Virus record (IMG/VR): IMGVR_UViG_3300046616_000242
Span: 9,947-73,946 of that record
Source: a virus
Reading direction: 5' to 3' (one strand)
Length of the DNA stretch: 64,000 nt
Below, piece after piece: positions 41,725-52,110 of this stretch (position 1 is the stretch's first letter; every line of letters starts with the position of its first letter). The position numbers were made by a program, and so were the translations under genes. Below the pieces are notes generated by a model that saw only the letters and a list, made by a program, of their open reading frames with translations, was not told the origin of the DNA and ran no database searches.

Positions 41725-43706
41725 CAGGTCACCACCATTCCGACCTTGGTGGCCGTGCTGAACGTCGAGTTAGTAAGGGTGAGCACCTGGGTTCCGTTCC
41801 TCTGCACGGTGATGTTGCTCCCGGAGAAGGCGACCGTGATGCGGTCCCCGTCCAGGAAGGTCTGGGAGTAGGCGTAGGTGGCGACCCAGGATCCGGCCTC
41901 GATGCGGTGGAGTCCTGTGCGGCCCGCTCGCCAGTAGTTGGAGGCGTCCTGGAGCCGGAACACCACTCCCTGCCGCAGGGTGTTCGACGGGCTGGTGAGG
42001 AACGTTGCTGCCACTGTCCCGTCGGCGTGGCCGGGAACGGTGGCGATGGACGCCGTGGCGCCTACCGGGTAGGCCGATCCTCCTGCGTAGCCGCCGGAGG
42101 TCCACTGGCCCAGCGTCTCGGTCCAGGAGGCGCCGCCCAGGTCCGTGGTGCGGGTGGTCCAGTCGACCCAGCCCTGGCTGAAGGAGTCGAGCACGGTGTA
42201 GGCCGGGACGGTGTCGGAGTACAGAGAGGTGATCAGCGCGCCGTGGGCGTCGTAGTACTCGACGAACGGGTACACGTTGACCTGCTCGCCGGAGTACGCC
42301 TGCGCGTAGCCGGACAGGCACATCTGCACACGGTCGTCGTAACCCAGCGGCGTCCACTGGGCGTTGGCCGTCGGGGTGGTCGGTGGTGAGACGTTCAGGG
42401 ACGCGGTGAGCGCCTGGTAGATGCGGCCGTGGAAGACGACCATGTCACCGGGCTGGTAGTCGGTGTTGTTGTCCCACGCCTGCCAGGTGTACGGGATGGG
42501 GACGCCGAACAGGACTGGCTGCTGCGGGTCCATCGTCGACTGGCCGGACAGGCGGCCGACGGAGCGCACACCCATCGTGGCGACCGAGCCGCCGGAGTTG
42601 GTGTTGCGCACCCACAGCGCGTTGCCCGCCTTGTCGTTGGGGTCGGTCGGGTTCTGCACGCCGATGCCCACCAGGACGCCGTTGGTGCCTGGGGTGACGC
42701 CTGCGGTGAAGGAGATCTCTTCCCAGCCCGCCACGTGTCCGTTGGCGTCGACCAGGGTGGAGTCGGTGCCGTACGAGACGACGGTCCAGTACGCGTTGGA
42801 GGCGTTGGTGCCGGTGGGTGCCTGGGCCTGTCCGTACGCACCGGAGGAGCCTGCCTGGTACAGGTACGAGCCGAACTCCACCTTCTCCCCGGAGGCGTAG
42901 TTCACACCCGAGTCCCACTGCGGGAACGTCGGGTGGTCGAAGTCGGCCTGGTCGTCGGAGAGCATCAGGTTGTCGCCGATGCTCAGGTCGGCGTCGTATC
43001 CGGTGGTCTCGGAGATGATCGAGCGGATCTGCTCCAGGGTGCCCTTCTGGCGGCCGAGAGTGGCCGCGTCCCGCACGCGCTGGCGGAAGAGGTAGGCCGG
43101 GGCGCTGGCCTCGTACTGGATCCCGAACTGGTTGGCCAACTGGGCGATGTTGTCGAAGCGCGTGCGCATCGCGTCGTTGGTGTACCGGTTGGAGTCGTAG
43201 TAGCTCTTCACGATGTCGAACCCGAACCCGAAGATCGACAGGAACGGGGTCAGGTAGGGGTTGAGCGTGTTGGAGTCGTCGGTGACGTTGTTGCCCGGCT
43301 GGACGTCGACCTTGTACTGGTCGGGGATCAGGTCGTACAGCAGCTCGGTGTAGCCGTTGTTCTTCGGCATCAGGCACGAGATGGTTCCCGCCCGGGACCA
43401 CTGGCCGGACGCGGAGATGAAGATCGTGTAGTACAGCCAGTGCCCGCCGACCACGCCCTTGTCGGAGAACGAGGTCGCGGCGTGGGTCTGGTCGAGCAGG
43501 ATCTCGCCATCGTTCTCGTTGACCGCCCAGCCGTACCGGTTGCGGATCAGCCGCAGGGAGTCCCACGTACCCGCCGGGGCCTTCCAGTCCAGCAGCACGG
43601 TGGAGTAGTCCACGGGCGTGGCTGTGAACGGGCTGACGTCGAAGTCGGGATGGATGTCCGTCCCGTATTTCGACAGCCCGTACAGGGAAACGCCGTACGT
43701 TCCCAC
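41724..43706 (-). CDS. Baseplate/tail protein (P2 gpI-like) with two CBM5/12-like repeats
   Basis: RQKGTLEQI motif; WDSGVNYASGEKV..YQA and WDNNTDYQPGDMV..YQA. Confidence 0.75.
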   Translation of the reverse strand: MGTYGVSLYGLSKYGTDIHPDFDVSPFTATPVDYSTVLLDWKAPAGTWDSLRLIRNRYGWAVNENDGEILLDQTHAATSFSDKGVVGGHWLYYTIFISASGQWSRAGTISCLMPKNNGYTELLYDLIPDQYKVDVQPGNNVTDDSNTLNPYLTPFLSIFGFGFDIVKSYYDSNRYTNDAMRTRFDNIAQLANQFGIQYEASAPAYLFRQRVRDAATLGRQKGTLEQIRSIISETTGYDADLSIGDNLMLSDDQADFDHPTFPQWDSGVNYASGEKVEFGSYLYQAGSSGAYGQAQAPTGTNASNAYWTVVSYGTDSTLVDANGHVAGWEEISFTAGVTPGTNGVLVGIGVQNPTDPNDKAGNALWVRNTNSGGSVATMGVRSVGRLSGQSTMDPQQPVLFGVPIPYTWQAWDNNTDYQPGDMVVFHGRIYQALTASLNVSPPTTPTANAQWTPLGYDDRVQMCLSGYAQAYSGEQVNVYPFVEYYDAHGALITSLYSDTVPAYTVLDSFSQGWVDWTTRTTDLGGASWTETLGQWTSGGYAGGSAYPVGATASIATVPGHADGTVAATFLTSPSNTLRQGVVFRLQDASNYWRAGRTGLHRIEAGSWVATYAYSQTFLDGDRITVAFSGSNITVQRNGTQVLTLTNSTFSTATKVGMVVT

Positions 43707-43707
43707 C

Positions 43708-44343
43708 TCACGCCTCCCGGATCATGACCGCGCTCAGGTGCAGGTTCTGGAGTTGCAGGGTCTTGGTGGCCAGCGGGTGGTAGAGGGTGAGGTCGATGGC
43801 CTTGCCTGCGGTGACCCATCCCTGCCAGCCGATGTGCATGTGGGAGTTTCCGTCGGTGATCGGTTGGAGGTCCTGGGACATCACCTGACCGCCGCCGACT
43901 GCGATGTTGATCTGCCGGTCGGCGCCCGTGGCGTTCGAGCCGGTGGCGTTGGCCCACATGACTCGGCCGAAGACGATCCACCAGCCGGTGCGGTTGGCCG
44001 TGATCGAGTGCCCGTTGAACAGTCCCTCGGGGTCCTGGGCCGCCGACGGCCGGGAGAAGGAGATCGTCTTGGTCGCGCCTCCCTTGACGGTGTCAGACGT
44101 CTTGGACACGTAGCACGCGGGTATGCCGTGGCCGCGCTGGATGGCGTCGAGCCGGGCCGCGACGGAGGCGTAGGTGTTGGTCTTCATCTTCAGGCCGGTG
44201 TCCTGGTGCGGCAGGATGCCCAGGGTCTGCTGAAGGGCCAGCACCTCGTCCTGGAGGTTGTTGACGTGGGATGCGTCGATGTCCTCCACCAGGTTCTTGT
44301 GCACGGTGAAGGACTTGTACTGCTTCGGGTAGACGGCGGCCAT
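43708..44343 (-). CDS. Minor tail protein (MAAVYPKQY...)
   Basis: TGATG coupling; HVNNLQDEVLALQQTLG. Confidence 0.7.
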   Translation of the reverse strand: MAAVYPKQYKSFTVHKNLVEDIDASHVNNLQDEVLALQQTLGILPHQDTGLKMKTNTYASVAARLDAIQRGHGIPACYVSKTSDTVKGGATKTISFSRPSAAQDPEGLFNGHSITANRTGWWIVFGRVMWANATGSNATGADRQINIAVGGGQVMSQDLQPITDGNSHMHIGWQGWVTAGKAIDLTLYHPLATKTLQLQNLHLSAVMIREA

Positions 44344-45815
44344 CAGCCGATACCTCCGGTCATGGTGATGTTGGCGATGTTGCCGACCGTGGGGATTTCC
44401 CAGGCGCGCATGACGATGTCGGCGGTCCCGGTCTGGGCCGCGTCGGCGCGGGCAATCAGGGGGATGTCGACGTAGCGGACTCCCTCCACGTCCAGGATCG
44501 TTTTGTAGAAGTCGGAGAGGGTCAGGCGCATGCCGAAGTCGACGTTCGCGAAGGAGAGCATCGTCTTCAGCGCCTGCTGCACGTCGTAGAGGACGGAGGC
44601 CCGGGAGTAGCGGGGCCAGCACTCGACGGTGATCGGGTTCGAGGAGTTGCCCACGTTCACCTTGACCGTGGTCGGGCCGGACACAGTGACCGTGGTGCCT
44701 GCCAGGGCCTTGGCCTGGAGGCTGGTTTGCACGTTCTGGAGGGTGGTCGTGCTCGGGGTTCCTCCGGCGGAGCCGATGACGAACACCGAGATCGAGGTGT
44801 AGGTCGACGCGATGGCGTTGGCCCGGACGATGCCGGGGATGGTCAGCGCGAGGTCGGAGAAGTCGGCCAGGGTGACGCAGCGGTCCTGGGTGCGGAAGAT
44901 GCGCGGGGCGTTGGCGCGGATCTGGTCGTTGGTCTCCGGGTCAGCCCCGCCGGTCATGACGGAAGAGATCGCATTGCCGCTGGAGTCCTGCGAGAAGGTG
45001 ACACCAGGCAGGGTGGAGTCCGCGATGGCGTTGACCACGCCCGCGTTCACGTTGCCGACCGTCCCGCCGCCCACTCGGTAGGTGGCGTAGATGGTCAGGT
45101 TGGTGGTCGGGATGGCGCCGTTGATGTTGTCGCCGAAGCGGATCCACGTGGCACCCGCCTCGTCCAGGTAGGTGCTGAAGACGCGGTCGCTCGGGTCGGC
45201 GTCCACGATGTAGTCGATGTACGTCCACTCGGTGAGGGTGTCGACGTCGTCCACGTACACGCGGACCGTGCCGCCGATGACAGGCACGTCGGGCAGCCGG
45301 AACTCCTGCACCGGCAGGCCCGAGCTGGTGCCGACGTTGACCTGGGTGCGGGTGACTCCCTGGGTGACGGAGACAGTCGCGGTGCCACCGTTCTTGGGCA
45401 CGGTGACGTCCGTGTCGGTCTCGTACGTGATCGGCGAGTCGATGGTGTCGATGTAGTCGGTGACGACCTGGGTGCCCGCAGGCACGGTGACGGCCGGGCC
45501 CGGGTTGGACGTCTGGAAGGTGACAGTTCCGGTAGCCGGTACGCCGTTGGACGGCTGGTAGCCGAGCAGGTCGGAGATCTGGAGCAGGGACAGCCGCTGC
45601 GTCGCGGTGGGCAGGAAGGACTCCTGCTGGAGCCGGTCGCCGTAGTAGGAGAGGCTGTCCCCGAGGTAGGAGAACAGCTCGACCAGGAGCACGCCGAAGT
45701 CGCCCTCGGAGGAGGGCACCCACTGGGGGAAGGCACGCGAGGCGAAGTCGAGCAGGGACGACTTGAAGCCCTCGTAGTCGCGTGAGGTGTAGTCGATCGC
45801 GGGAACGTCAGCCAC
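44343..45815 (-). CDS. Baseplate J / gp6-like wedge protein
   Basis: IDYTSRDYE, DFGVLLVELF, RFGDN and GGADPET..RCVTLADF motifs. Confidence 0.92.
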   Translation of the reverse strand: MADVPAIDYTSRDYEGFKSSLLDFASRAFPQWVPSSEGDFGVLLVELFSYLGDSLSYYGDRLQQESFLPTATQRLSLLQISDLLGYQPSNGVPATGTVTFQTSNPGPAVTVPAGTQVVTDYIDTIDSPITYETDTDVTVPKNGGTATVSVTQGVTRTQVNVGTSSGLPVQEFRLPDVPVIGGTVRVYVDDVDTLTEWTYIDYIVDADPSDRVFSTYLDEAGATWIRFGDNINGAIPTTNLTIYATYRVGGGTVGNVNAGVVNAIADSTLPGVTFSQDSSGNAISSVMTGGADPETNDQIRANAPRIFRTQDRCVTLADFSDLALTIPGIVRANAIASTYTSISVFVIGSAGGTPSTTTLQNVQTSLQAKALAGTTVTVSGPTTVKVNVGNSSNPITVECWPRYSRASVLYDVQQALKTMLSFANVDFGMRLTLSDFYKTILDVEGVRYVDIPLIARADAAQTGTADIVMRAWEIPTVGNIANITMTGGIG

Positions 45816-46227
45816 TGATGACCTCGCTTACGGTGCCGCCGACCCGGACGACTGCTGTGTTGGACTGGAGAGCCAGGCTGGAAGGGGACGCCCCGTCCTC
45901 GCGGCGGATGTAGTCGACCTCGATACGAGCGAGGGACATCTGCGTGGAGTCCGGGATAGGGGTCGCCTTCTGGAGGACCACACCGGGCTCGTACGTATTG
46001 AAAGCCGTGGTTACGGCACGGCTGATCTCCTGCGCGACAAAGGACGCGTCAGGGTCGAACAGCAGATCAGCCACGGGAACCCCGTAATCCGGGAGCATGA
46101 CCCGCTCCCCCGGCTGCGTGCCGATGAGCGCATTCACATGCTGGGCGATCTGCCTGTCCGGATTCGTCTCGACGGCGATAGTGCCGTCGGACGCTAGGCG
46201 AAACGGAAATGCAATCTCGGTAGGCAT
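45808..46227 (-). CDS. Baseplate wedge protein, gp25/GPW-like
   Basis: TQPGERVMLPDYG..YEP motifs. Confidence 0.92.
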   Translation of the reverse strand: MPTEIAFPFRLASDGTIAVETNPDRQIAQHVNALIGTQPGERVMLPDYGVPVADLLFDPDASFVAQEISRAVTTAFNTYEPGVVLQKATPIPDSTQMSLARIEVDYIRREDGASPSSLALQSNTAVVRVGGTVSEVISG

Positions 46228-46277
46228 GCTTGCATTCTCCCAGGAATGCCTACCGAGATTGCACTTACGGTTCTACG

Positions 46278-46580
46278 TCAGATTCCGGGGAACGCGACCT
46301 GGGAATCCGCGAGGACCTGGTTGTTCTGCGCCTGGATGTCGGCGTCGACCGCCTGCCGTGCGACGTTGTAGTCCTCGGCGACCTGGTTGTAGCGCGGAGC
46401 CCCAGCGTTCGAGTTAGTCGCCTGCTCGGTGCTGACCCAGATGTCTCGGATGTAGGACTTGGCGGCCAACTGAACGAGGTCCACGTCCGGAGTGTCGACG
46501 TTGTTCGGGTAGCAGACGTGGAACGCGGCAGCGACGCGCGGCCAGACGTCGTCAGGAACCGTGACGGTAATGTCAGGCAT
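46278..46580 (-). CDS. Hypothetical protein (possible fibre chaperone)
   Basis: ORF following the spike/fibre gene. Confidence 0.6.
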   Translation of the reverse strand: MPDITVTVPDDVWPRVAAAFHVCYPNNVDTPDVDLVQLAAKSYIRDIWVSTEQATNSNAGAPRYNQVAEDYNVARQAVDADIQAQNNQVLADSQVAFPGI

Positions 46581-46592
46581 TAAGTGACTTCC

Positions 46593-49500
46593 TCACTTGG
46601 TGTACGTGATCTTAAGTTGCGGAGGGTGGGAATCCCCGACACCGGAAAAGTACCCGTAGTAGGTCTTGTCGGTGCTGGATCCAAGATCCGCACCTAGCGT
46701 AATTCCACGATACGGGGTGGTCGCGTTCCAAGTTGAATTCCAGGACGACGGCAGGGTTACCCACTTTCCGGCGCCAACGGGCCACGAGGAAACGGTGAGG
46801 TTCACTCCGCTACCACCGAAAGACGTCGGCTCGGTGGTTCCGGTGAATGCACCGATGTGCGCCGTGCCACCCCCGTTGTAGTACCAGTGGTTGTTGTAGA
46901 GGTAGATCTCGACCTTGGAGACCTTCGCCGTGGAACCCATGTCTGTGAAGGGCTGGGTGCCGAAGTAGATCATCGACTTCTGCGTGCCCCAGGTGCTGGA
47001 GTAGTAGCCCTGGTACACGGTGCCGTCGGTGTATCCGGCGTTGCCGTACCGGCGGGACCACACCGCGTTGTACGTCTTGGTGTACGTCTTGGTGGCCGTC
47101 ACGGCCGCGCCACCCGTGTTGTACACACCGTTCTCGGGCACGGCCGGACCGATGTCCTCGACGTAAAAGTCCGAGGATTGCGCGGGGATGTAGTTGCGCA
47201 ATCCCCAGCCGGTGGCGTTGCCTGCGTGCTGCGTCGCAGTCCAGAGGAGCCTGTGGTCGCCTGGCGCCAGTGCCGTGGTGCTGCTGTACAGGCCGCCCGC
47301 GTCGGAGGAGCAGACGATGATGCCTTCCACGGCGGTGGTGCCGTCGGTCCCTCCGCCGTCGTAGTACATCCCGAAGCAGCGGGCGATGATCTGGTCCGTC
47401 ACCCTTGGGCTGGCACCGGTCGGGTTCATTAGCGTGCACCCGTTGACGGACGTCGTCGTGGCGGCGACGTTGATGCGGTTCTCCAATACTTGGTTACCTG
47501 TACCGCCGTTGAAGTCGAACTGGGATCGGGCCACGATGCGGTACATGCGGCCCTCGACGGCTGTGAAGGCCAACTCGATGAGTCCGGTTTCGGTGGTGTA
47601 GTAAGTCGACGAGGTCGGCTTGTTCGTCCAGCCGCGCTCGTAGGTGACCATGCCCCACGGCATGTTCCACAGCAGCGCTCCCAGTTCCTGTCCCTGGTAC
47701 CAGATCTGTCCGGTCGGGTCATCGGAGGGTGCCCCCGCCGGGCGCTGCGGGGTGAAGATCGACTTGAAGGTGCCCACGCCGTTGGGGTCGATGCTCGCTG
47801 CTCCGCCCGCGAAGGTGGCGTAGGCGTTGGACGTGGTCAGTTCCGTGCCGAGTGATCCGTCCGGCCCGAACAGCCGGACACCGGCGGCCGAGATGTCCGT
47901 GGCGCCGTAGCCCTCGCGCATGACGAGGACGTCGTCCACGCAGATGTAGGAGAACGACGAGGTGGACAGCCCATACGAGCCGGGGTTCAACTGCTGGAAG
48001 GTGACCCGGCCCCATAGTGCCCCGGTGGGCGCCGTCATCTCGAAGATGTCCTCGGTGTACGCCGCAGCGTTGTAGGTGACGTCGTTGACCCCAGCCATCT
48101 GGTCGGTCCAGGTGACCTTGTCCGGGCTGGTCTCGAAGGTGACGTGCAGGTGCCCGATGCCGTAGTACCAGTACCGGAACATGTACGTCTGCCCGGCGAC
48201 GACTGGGAAGGGGTCGCTGGTCGCGGTAGCGGTGCCGGTGTTGTTGACCCCCAGGGTCGCCTTGCCCTGACCGGAGCGTGCCGGGTACCCGCCTTGAGCG
48301 ATCTCGATCTTGGCGACCGTTGTGGCCAGCGTGCTGTCGCTCTGGGTCAGGGTCCAGCCGACGCGGGAGGCATCCTCGAAGCCCGGGTTGGTGACCATGT
48401 TGCCGGTCACGGAACCCAGGGAGAGGTGCGAGGCGTTGACGTTGCCGAGGTTGATGTTGGCCGAGTTGACCTGGCCGGTCTCGACGACCTCGATGGTGAA
48501 CATGTCCATCTCGGCCGCACCGGATCCGCCGTTGTAGTTCATGTAGAGGCAGGGGCTGATGTACTTCACGTTCTGGTGCAGCGTGGCCGGGGCGGTCGGG
48601 TTGTTGGCCGGGTTGCCTCCCGTGGGGGTGGCGGAGGATCCCTTGATGTAGCCGGTGTAGGTGACCCATGCACCACCAGTGGTGAGAGGCACTCCCTTGG
48701 CCGCGACGTAGTGCTGGTTGGAGACGGCGTTGGCTCCGGTGGTGCTGACCAGGGTCACGCCGTCGGACGCGATGCCGGTGACGCCCGCGTAGAAGTTCTG
48801 GTTGGTGCCTGGGGTGGAGTTGTCAGAGACCTGGCGGACCCGGCAGGTCACGCGGTAGGTGACGGTCGGGTCGAAGGGTATGAGCAGGTCCGGGCGGTAA
48901 GCGCCCTGGACGTACCCGGCGCAGCGCATGACGAAGCCTCCGGAGGCCGCGTCGGTCTTGGATACCGAGGTTATGGTGCCGCCCGCACCTGCGGCGTTAA
49001 GCCACTTCGAGGCGCTGGTGCCGAAGTCGTAGAACTTCTGGCCCACCAGACCCTGAAGACCTGCGGAGAACTTGTCGACGGTAAGCGTTCCGGCCTTGAT
49101 GCTGCTGGCGTCCAGGTTGGTGATGCTGGCCAGGCTCGCGTCGATCGTGCCTGTCTTGATCGAGCCACCGTTGATCGTGGTCGTGGTCGGGATGGTGCCG
49201 TTGCTCAACTGCCCGGCGGGGACGCTGACGCTCGCGCCGATGGAGCCGGTGACTGTGGTAGCGCTGCCTGCGGAGGTCGCCGAGGTAGCCGTGGTCGCGG
49301 TTGTGGCGCTGGATACTGTTCCAGTGACCTGTGCGCCGGGGACGGCGACGCCCGCGCCGAGGGATCCCGTGACGGTCCCTGCGCTGCCCGCTGAAGTTGC
49401 GCTGCCTGCCGTGGTAGCGCTCGCGACCGTACCGCTCACGTTGCCGCCACCGATGACCAAATTGGTGGCGTCGATCTGGGTTGCAGTCAACTTGCCGACG

Positions 49501-50969
49501 GTGATCTTGCTGGCGTCGATGCTGGCGATGACACCGCTCTGGGCCGTGATCGTTCCGGCCGCCATCTGGTTGGCTGTGATCGTGTTCGCCGCGATCTGGT
49601 TGGCGGTGATGGTGTTGGCTGCGAGCCGGTCGCCCGTGATCGAGCCCGCCAGGATCTGGGTAGCCGTCAACGTCCCGGCGGTGATCTTCGAGGCGTCCAG
49701 CGATCCGGCTGCGATGCGCGCGGCGTTGAGCGTGCCGACGTTGATCTTGCCCGCGTCGAGGTCGGCGATCTTGGCGTTGTTGATGGCCGCGTCGGCGATC
49801 TGTGCGTTGCCGATGGCGCCGTTGATGATCTTCGCCGAGCCGATCGTGGCGTCGGCGAGCTGCGTGCCGGTGACCGCGTTGTTGGCGATGTTCGTGGTGC
49901 CGACGGCCAGGGCCGCCAGCTTGCCTGCCTCGACAGCCCCGTTGGCTATGTTCGCGGCCAGGACGGCGTTCGCCGCCAGCTTGGTGTTGTCGATGGCGCC
50001 GACTGCGATCTTCGCCGCCGACAGTGAGCCGTCGAGGATGTCCTGGGCGACGGCCTGCTTGGGGGTGTCCGAGTTCGAGCCGGACGGGGCCGAGGCGATG
50101 CCGACCTTGGAGTATGCGACCAGCCGGTAGTAGTAGGCGCTGGCGTAGTTCTGGATGGAGTCGTACAGGAAGTCCGGGCCGGGCAGCGTGCCGATCACGA
50201 CAGGGTTGGAGAACGCCGAGGTGGTGTCCCGCTGCACCTGCACGTGGGAGAAGATCGCAGGCATTGCCGTGCCGGTGTTGTCCTTGCCGTCCCAGGTGAC
50301 CCGCAGGCCGCCGAGTACCCCGAGGACCCCCGGCGCGGAGGGCACCGGAGGCGGGGTGGAAGCGGACGCCGTGGTGAGGTTGGCGCTCGCCCACAGGGAG
50401 GTGTTGTTGCTGGTGTCGAAGGCCGCGACCCTCACGTAGAGGGCCACGCCGGTATTAAGTCCGTCGAGGAGGACCAGGTCCTCCGTGGTGACGAAGCCGC
50501 CGCTCCAGTTGCTGTTGTCGTAGGAGGTCTGGAGCAGGTAGTGGGACAGGTCGGTGAGGGCGGTCCCGTCCTGGTTCTCCGTGGGCGGGGTCCAGCTCGC
50601 TGTCACGCGGGCCCGGGTGGCGCCCTCGGCGGTGACGTACTGCACCGTGGTGAGGGTGAGGGCGGTGGGCTCCTTCGGCGGAAGGACATCGAGCGTCTCT
50701 CCGCTGGGCAGGTCGTCGACCTGGTCCTGAACGGCCTTGATGCCGAGCGGGGAGTAGACCGGCTTGGTGATGTCACCGCCGGAGAACTGCACCCACAGCG
50801 TCTGGCCGACCGGCGGGATCGTGTTGGTCGGGGAAGCGGGGGCGGCCCAGGCGCTTTCGGCGTTTCCGAGTACCTGCGGAATGAGCAGCGTGACGCGGGC
50901 TTCATTCAGCGGGTCCTGGTTATTGGCAACGCTCGCCCGGTACATTCCCAGCACCGGATCAGCCGACAT
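46593..50969 (-). CDS. Gp5/VgrG-type OB-fold spike fused to FN3 domains, a repeat stalk and receptor-binding-like domains, 1458 aa
   Basis: YRASVANNQDP..RV..IPQVLG..WA.P..PPVGQTLWVQFSGGD..PVY; pentapeptide-periodic repeats (ITANQ/IAAGS). Confidence 0.8.
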   Translation of the reverse strand: MSADPVLGMYRASVANNQDPLNEARVTLLIPQVLGNAESAWAAPASPTNTIPPVGQTLWVQFSGGDITKPVYSPLGIKAVQDQVDDLPSGETLDVLPPKEPTALTLTTVQYVTAEGATRARVTASWTPPTENQDGTALTDLSHYLLQTSYDNSNWSGGFVTTEDLVLLDGLNTGVALYVRVAAFDTSNNTSLWASANLTTASASTPPPVPSAPGVLGVLGGLRVTWDGKDNTGTAMPAIFSHVQVQRDTTSAFSNPVVIGTLPGPDFLYDSIQNYASAYYYRLVAYSKVGIASAPSGSNSDTPKQAVAQDILDGSLSAAKIAVGAIDNTKLAANAVLAANIANGAVEAGKLAALAVGTTNIANNAVTGTQLADATIGSAKIINGAIGNAQIADAAINNAKIADLDAGKINVGTLNAARIAAGSLDASKITAGTLTATQILAGSITGDRLAANTITANQIAANTITANQMAAGTITAQSGVIASIDASKITVGKLTATQIDATNLVIGGGNVSGTVASATTAGSATSAGSAGTVTGSLGAGVAVPGAQVTGTVSSATTATTATSATSAGSATTVTGSIGASVSVPAGQLSNGTIPTTTTINGGSIKTGTIDASLASITNLDASSIKAGTLTVDKFSAGLQGLVGQKFYDFGTSASKWLNAAGAGGTITSVSKTDAASGGFVMRCAGYVQGAYRPDLLIPFDPTVTYRVTCRVRQVSDNSTPGTNQNFYAGVTGIASDGVTLVSTTGANAVSNQHYVAAKGVPLTTGGAWVTYTGYIKGSSATPTGGNPANNPTAPATLHQNVKYISPCLYMNYNGGSGAAEMDMFTIEVVETGQVNSANINLGNVNASHLSLGSVTGNMVTNPGFEDASRVGWTLTQSDSTLATTVAKIEIAQGGYPARSGQGKATLGVNNTGTATATSDPFPVVAGQTYMFRYWYYGIGHLHVTFETSPDKVTWTDQMAGVNDVTYNAAAYTEDIFEMTAPTGALWGRVTFQQLNPGSYGLSTSSFSYICVDDVLVMREGYGATDISAAGVRLFGPDGSLGTELTTSNAYATFAGGAASIDPNGVGTFKSIFTPQRPAGAPSDDPTGQIWYQGQELGALLWNMPWGMVTYERGWTNKPTSSTYYTTETGLIELAFTAVEGRMYRIVARSQFDFNGGTGNQVLENRINVAATTTSVNGCTLMNPTGASPRVTDQIIARCFGMYYDGGGTDGTTAVEGIIVCSSDAGGLYSSTTALAPGDHRLLWTATQHAGNATGWGLRNYIPAQSSDFYVEDIGPAVPENGVYNTGGAAVTATKTYTKTYNAVWSRRYGNAGYTDGTVYQGYYSSTWGTQKSMIYFGTQPFTDMGSTAKVSKVEIYLYNNHWYYNGGGTAHIGAFTGTTEPTSFGGSGVNLTVSSWPVGAGKWVTLPSSWNSTWNATTPYRGITLGADLGSSTDKTYYGYFSGVGDSHPPQLKITYTK

Positions 50970-52110
50970 TGATGTCCTCCAGAAGACTCGATTCCCAGAA
51001 CTGCCTGTTCCTCAGCACAGCCGGGACGGTGTCGAACTTGAAACGCTTGTTCGCATCGCTTCGGAATGTTACCGCGTAGGGCTGGTCCCTTTCCGCATCG
51101 ACGGTCGTGGTGAACATCAGGCCCTTGTTGTTCTTGTCCCGGTTGATAACGTGCTTGGTGCTCGTCACCATCCACCGGCCCTTGTTGTCCGACGAAACGG
51201 AACTGCCGGAGATTCCGACCAGCGTTCCAGGAGTCACTTTCGCCGTCCCGTAAATCGTGGCCTGCATGGTGATCCATCCACGGGACGCGAGAGTGCGTGC
51301 TTCCATAAGGGCCTGCGCGTCGGCGTAGTTGTCCACGGCGCGGGCGGTGGATATGGAATTCAGGAACGTGCCGATTCCGGTGTCCGAGGTAGAGGACGCC
51401 TTGATGACCTTCCCGGTCTTCGCATCCAGGCCGGAAATCACCGAGGTGCTGGCCGCCCCATTGCTGCGGGGAATCATCGTGCCGGTGAGAATGGAAAGGC
51501 TCTGGAGGGTGTCGTAAAGCCCAGGGGTCTGGTTCTTGGAGAACACCGGGATGTCCTGGGCCTTCTGCCCGAGCAGGAGAATGCGCGGGTCGAGGAAGTA
51601 CAGGGTGGCGCCCTCCACCCAGAAGCGGAAACCGGTCTCGGCCGCGAGGTCGTTGACCAGCTTGAAGTCGCTCCCGCCGGTCTGGGCCCAGTAGGTCAGG
51701 CGCCGGGCGGACGGGGAGATGACGGTGCGCAGGCCGTTCTCCCGGCCCACTTGCCGCACGATCGACGTCGGCGAGACGTTCTTCCACGACCGGGTGCGCT
51801 GGGTGTTCATAGGCAGCGTGGTCCCGATGCAGATGTACCGCACCGTGATGTGGAGGGTGTCGGAGGAGGCGAGCGCGCTGGAGTGGTGCACGTAGCCGTT
51901 CCAGCGGACCAGGTCGTTCGGTGCGCGGCCGTAGTCGAGCACGACGGGCGTCAGTTCGCCGTAGGGGTTCTTGGACGTGGGAGGGGTGGTCACGTCGATG
52001 ATGACCATCGAGTGAACGCCGTAGCCCTCGCGGACCTCCACTCGCGTGATGTAGTCCGTGATGCGGTCGGTGCCCATCGTCAGACGGGTGACCGGTGCTT
52101 GTTCAGACAC
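50959..52110 (-). CDS. Baseplate hub (gp27 / late control D-like)
   Basis: QTGGSDFKLVNDLAAETGF motif; synteny. Confidence 0.8.
   Translation of the reverse strand: MSEQAPVTRLTMGTDRITDYITRVEVREGYGVHSMVIIDVTTPPTSKNPYGELTPVVLDYGRAPNDLVRWNGYVHHSSALASSDTLHITVRYICIGTTLPMNTQRTRSWKNVSPTSIVRQVGRENGLRTVISPSARRLTYWAQTGGSDFKLVNDLAAETGFRFWVEGATLYFLDPRILLLGQKAQDIPVFSKNQTPGLYDTLQSLSILTGTMIPRSNGAASTSVISGLDAKTGKVIKASSTSDTGIGTFLNSISTARAVDNYADAQALMEARTLASRGWITMQATIYGTAKVTPGTLVGISGSSVSSDNKGRWMVTSTKHVINRDKNNKGLMFTTTVDAERDQPYAVTFRSDANKRFKFDTVPAVLRNRQFWESSLLEDINVG

Noticed and set aside
49240-50000. Repeats in the spike/fibre gene as a diversity-generating or tandem DNA repeat system
   Set aside because: The repeats are degenerate at DNA level and explained by protein periodicity; no reverse transcriptase or invertase is seen.
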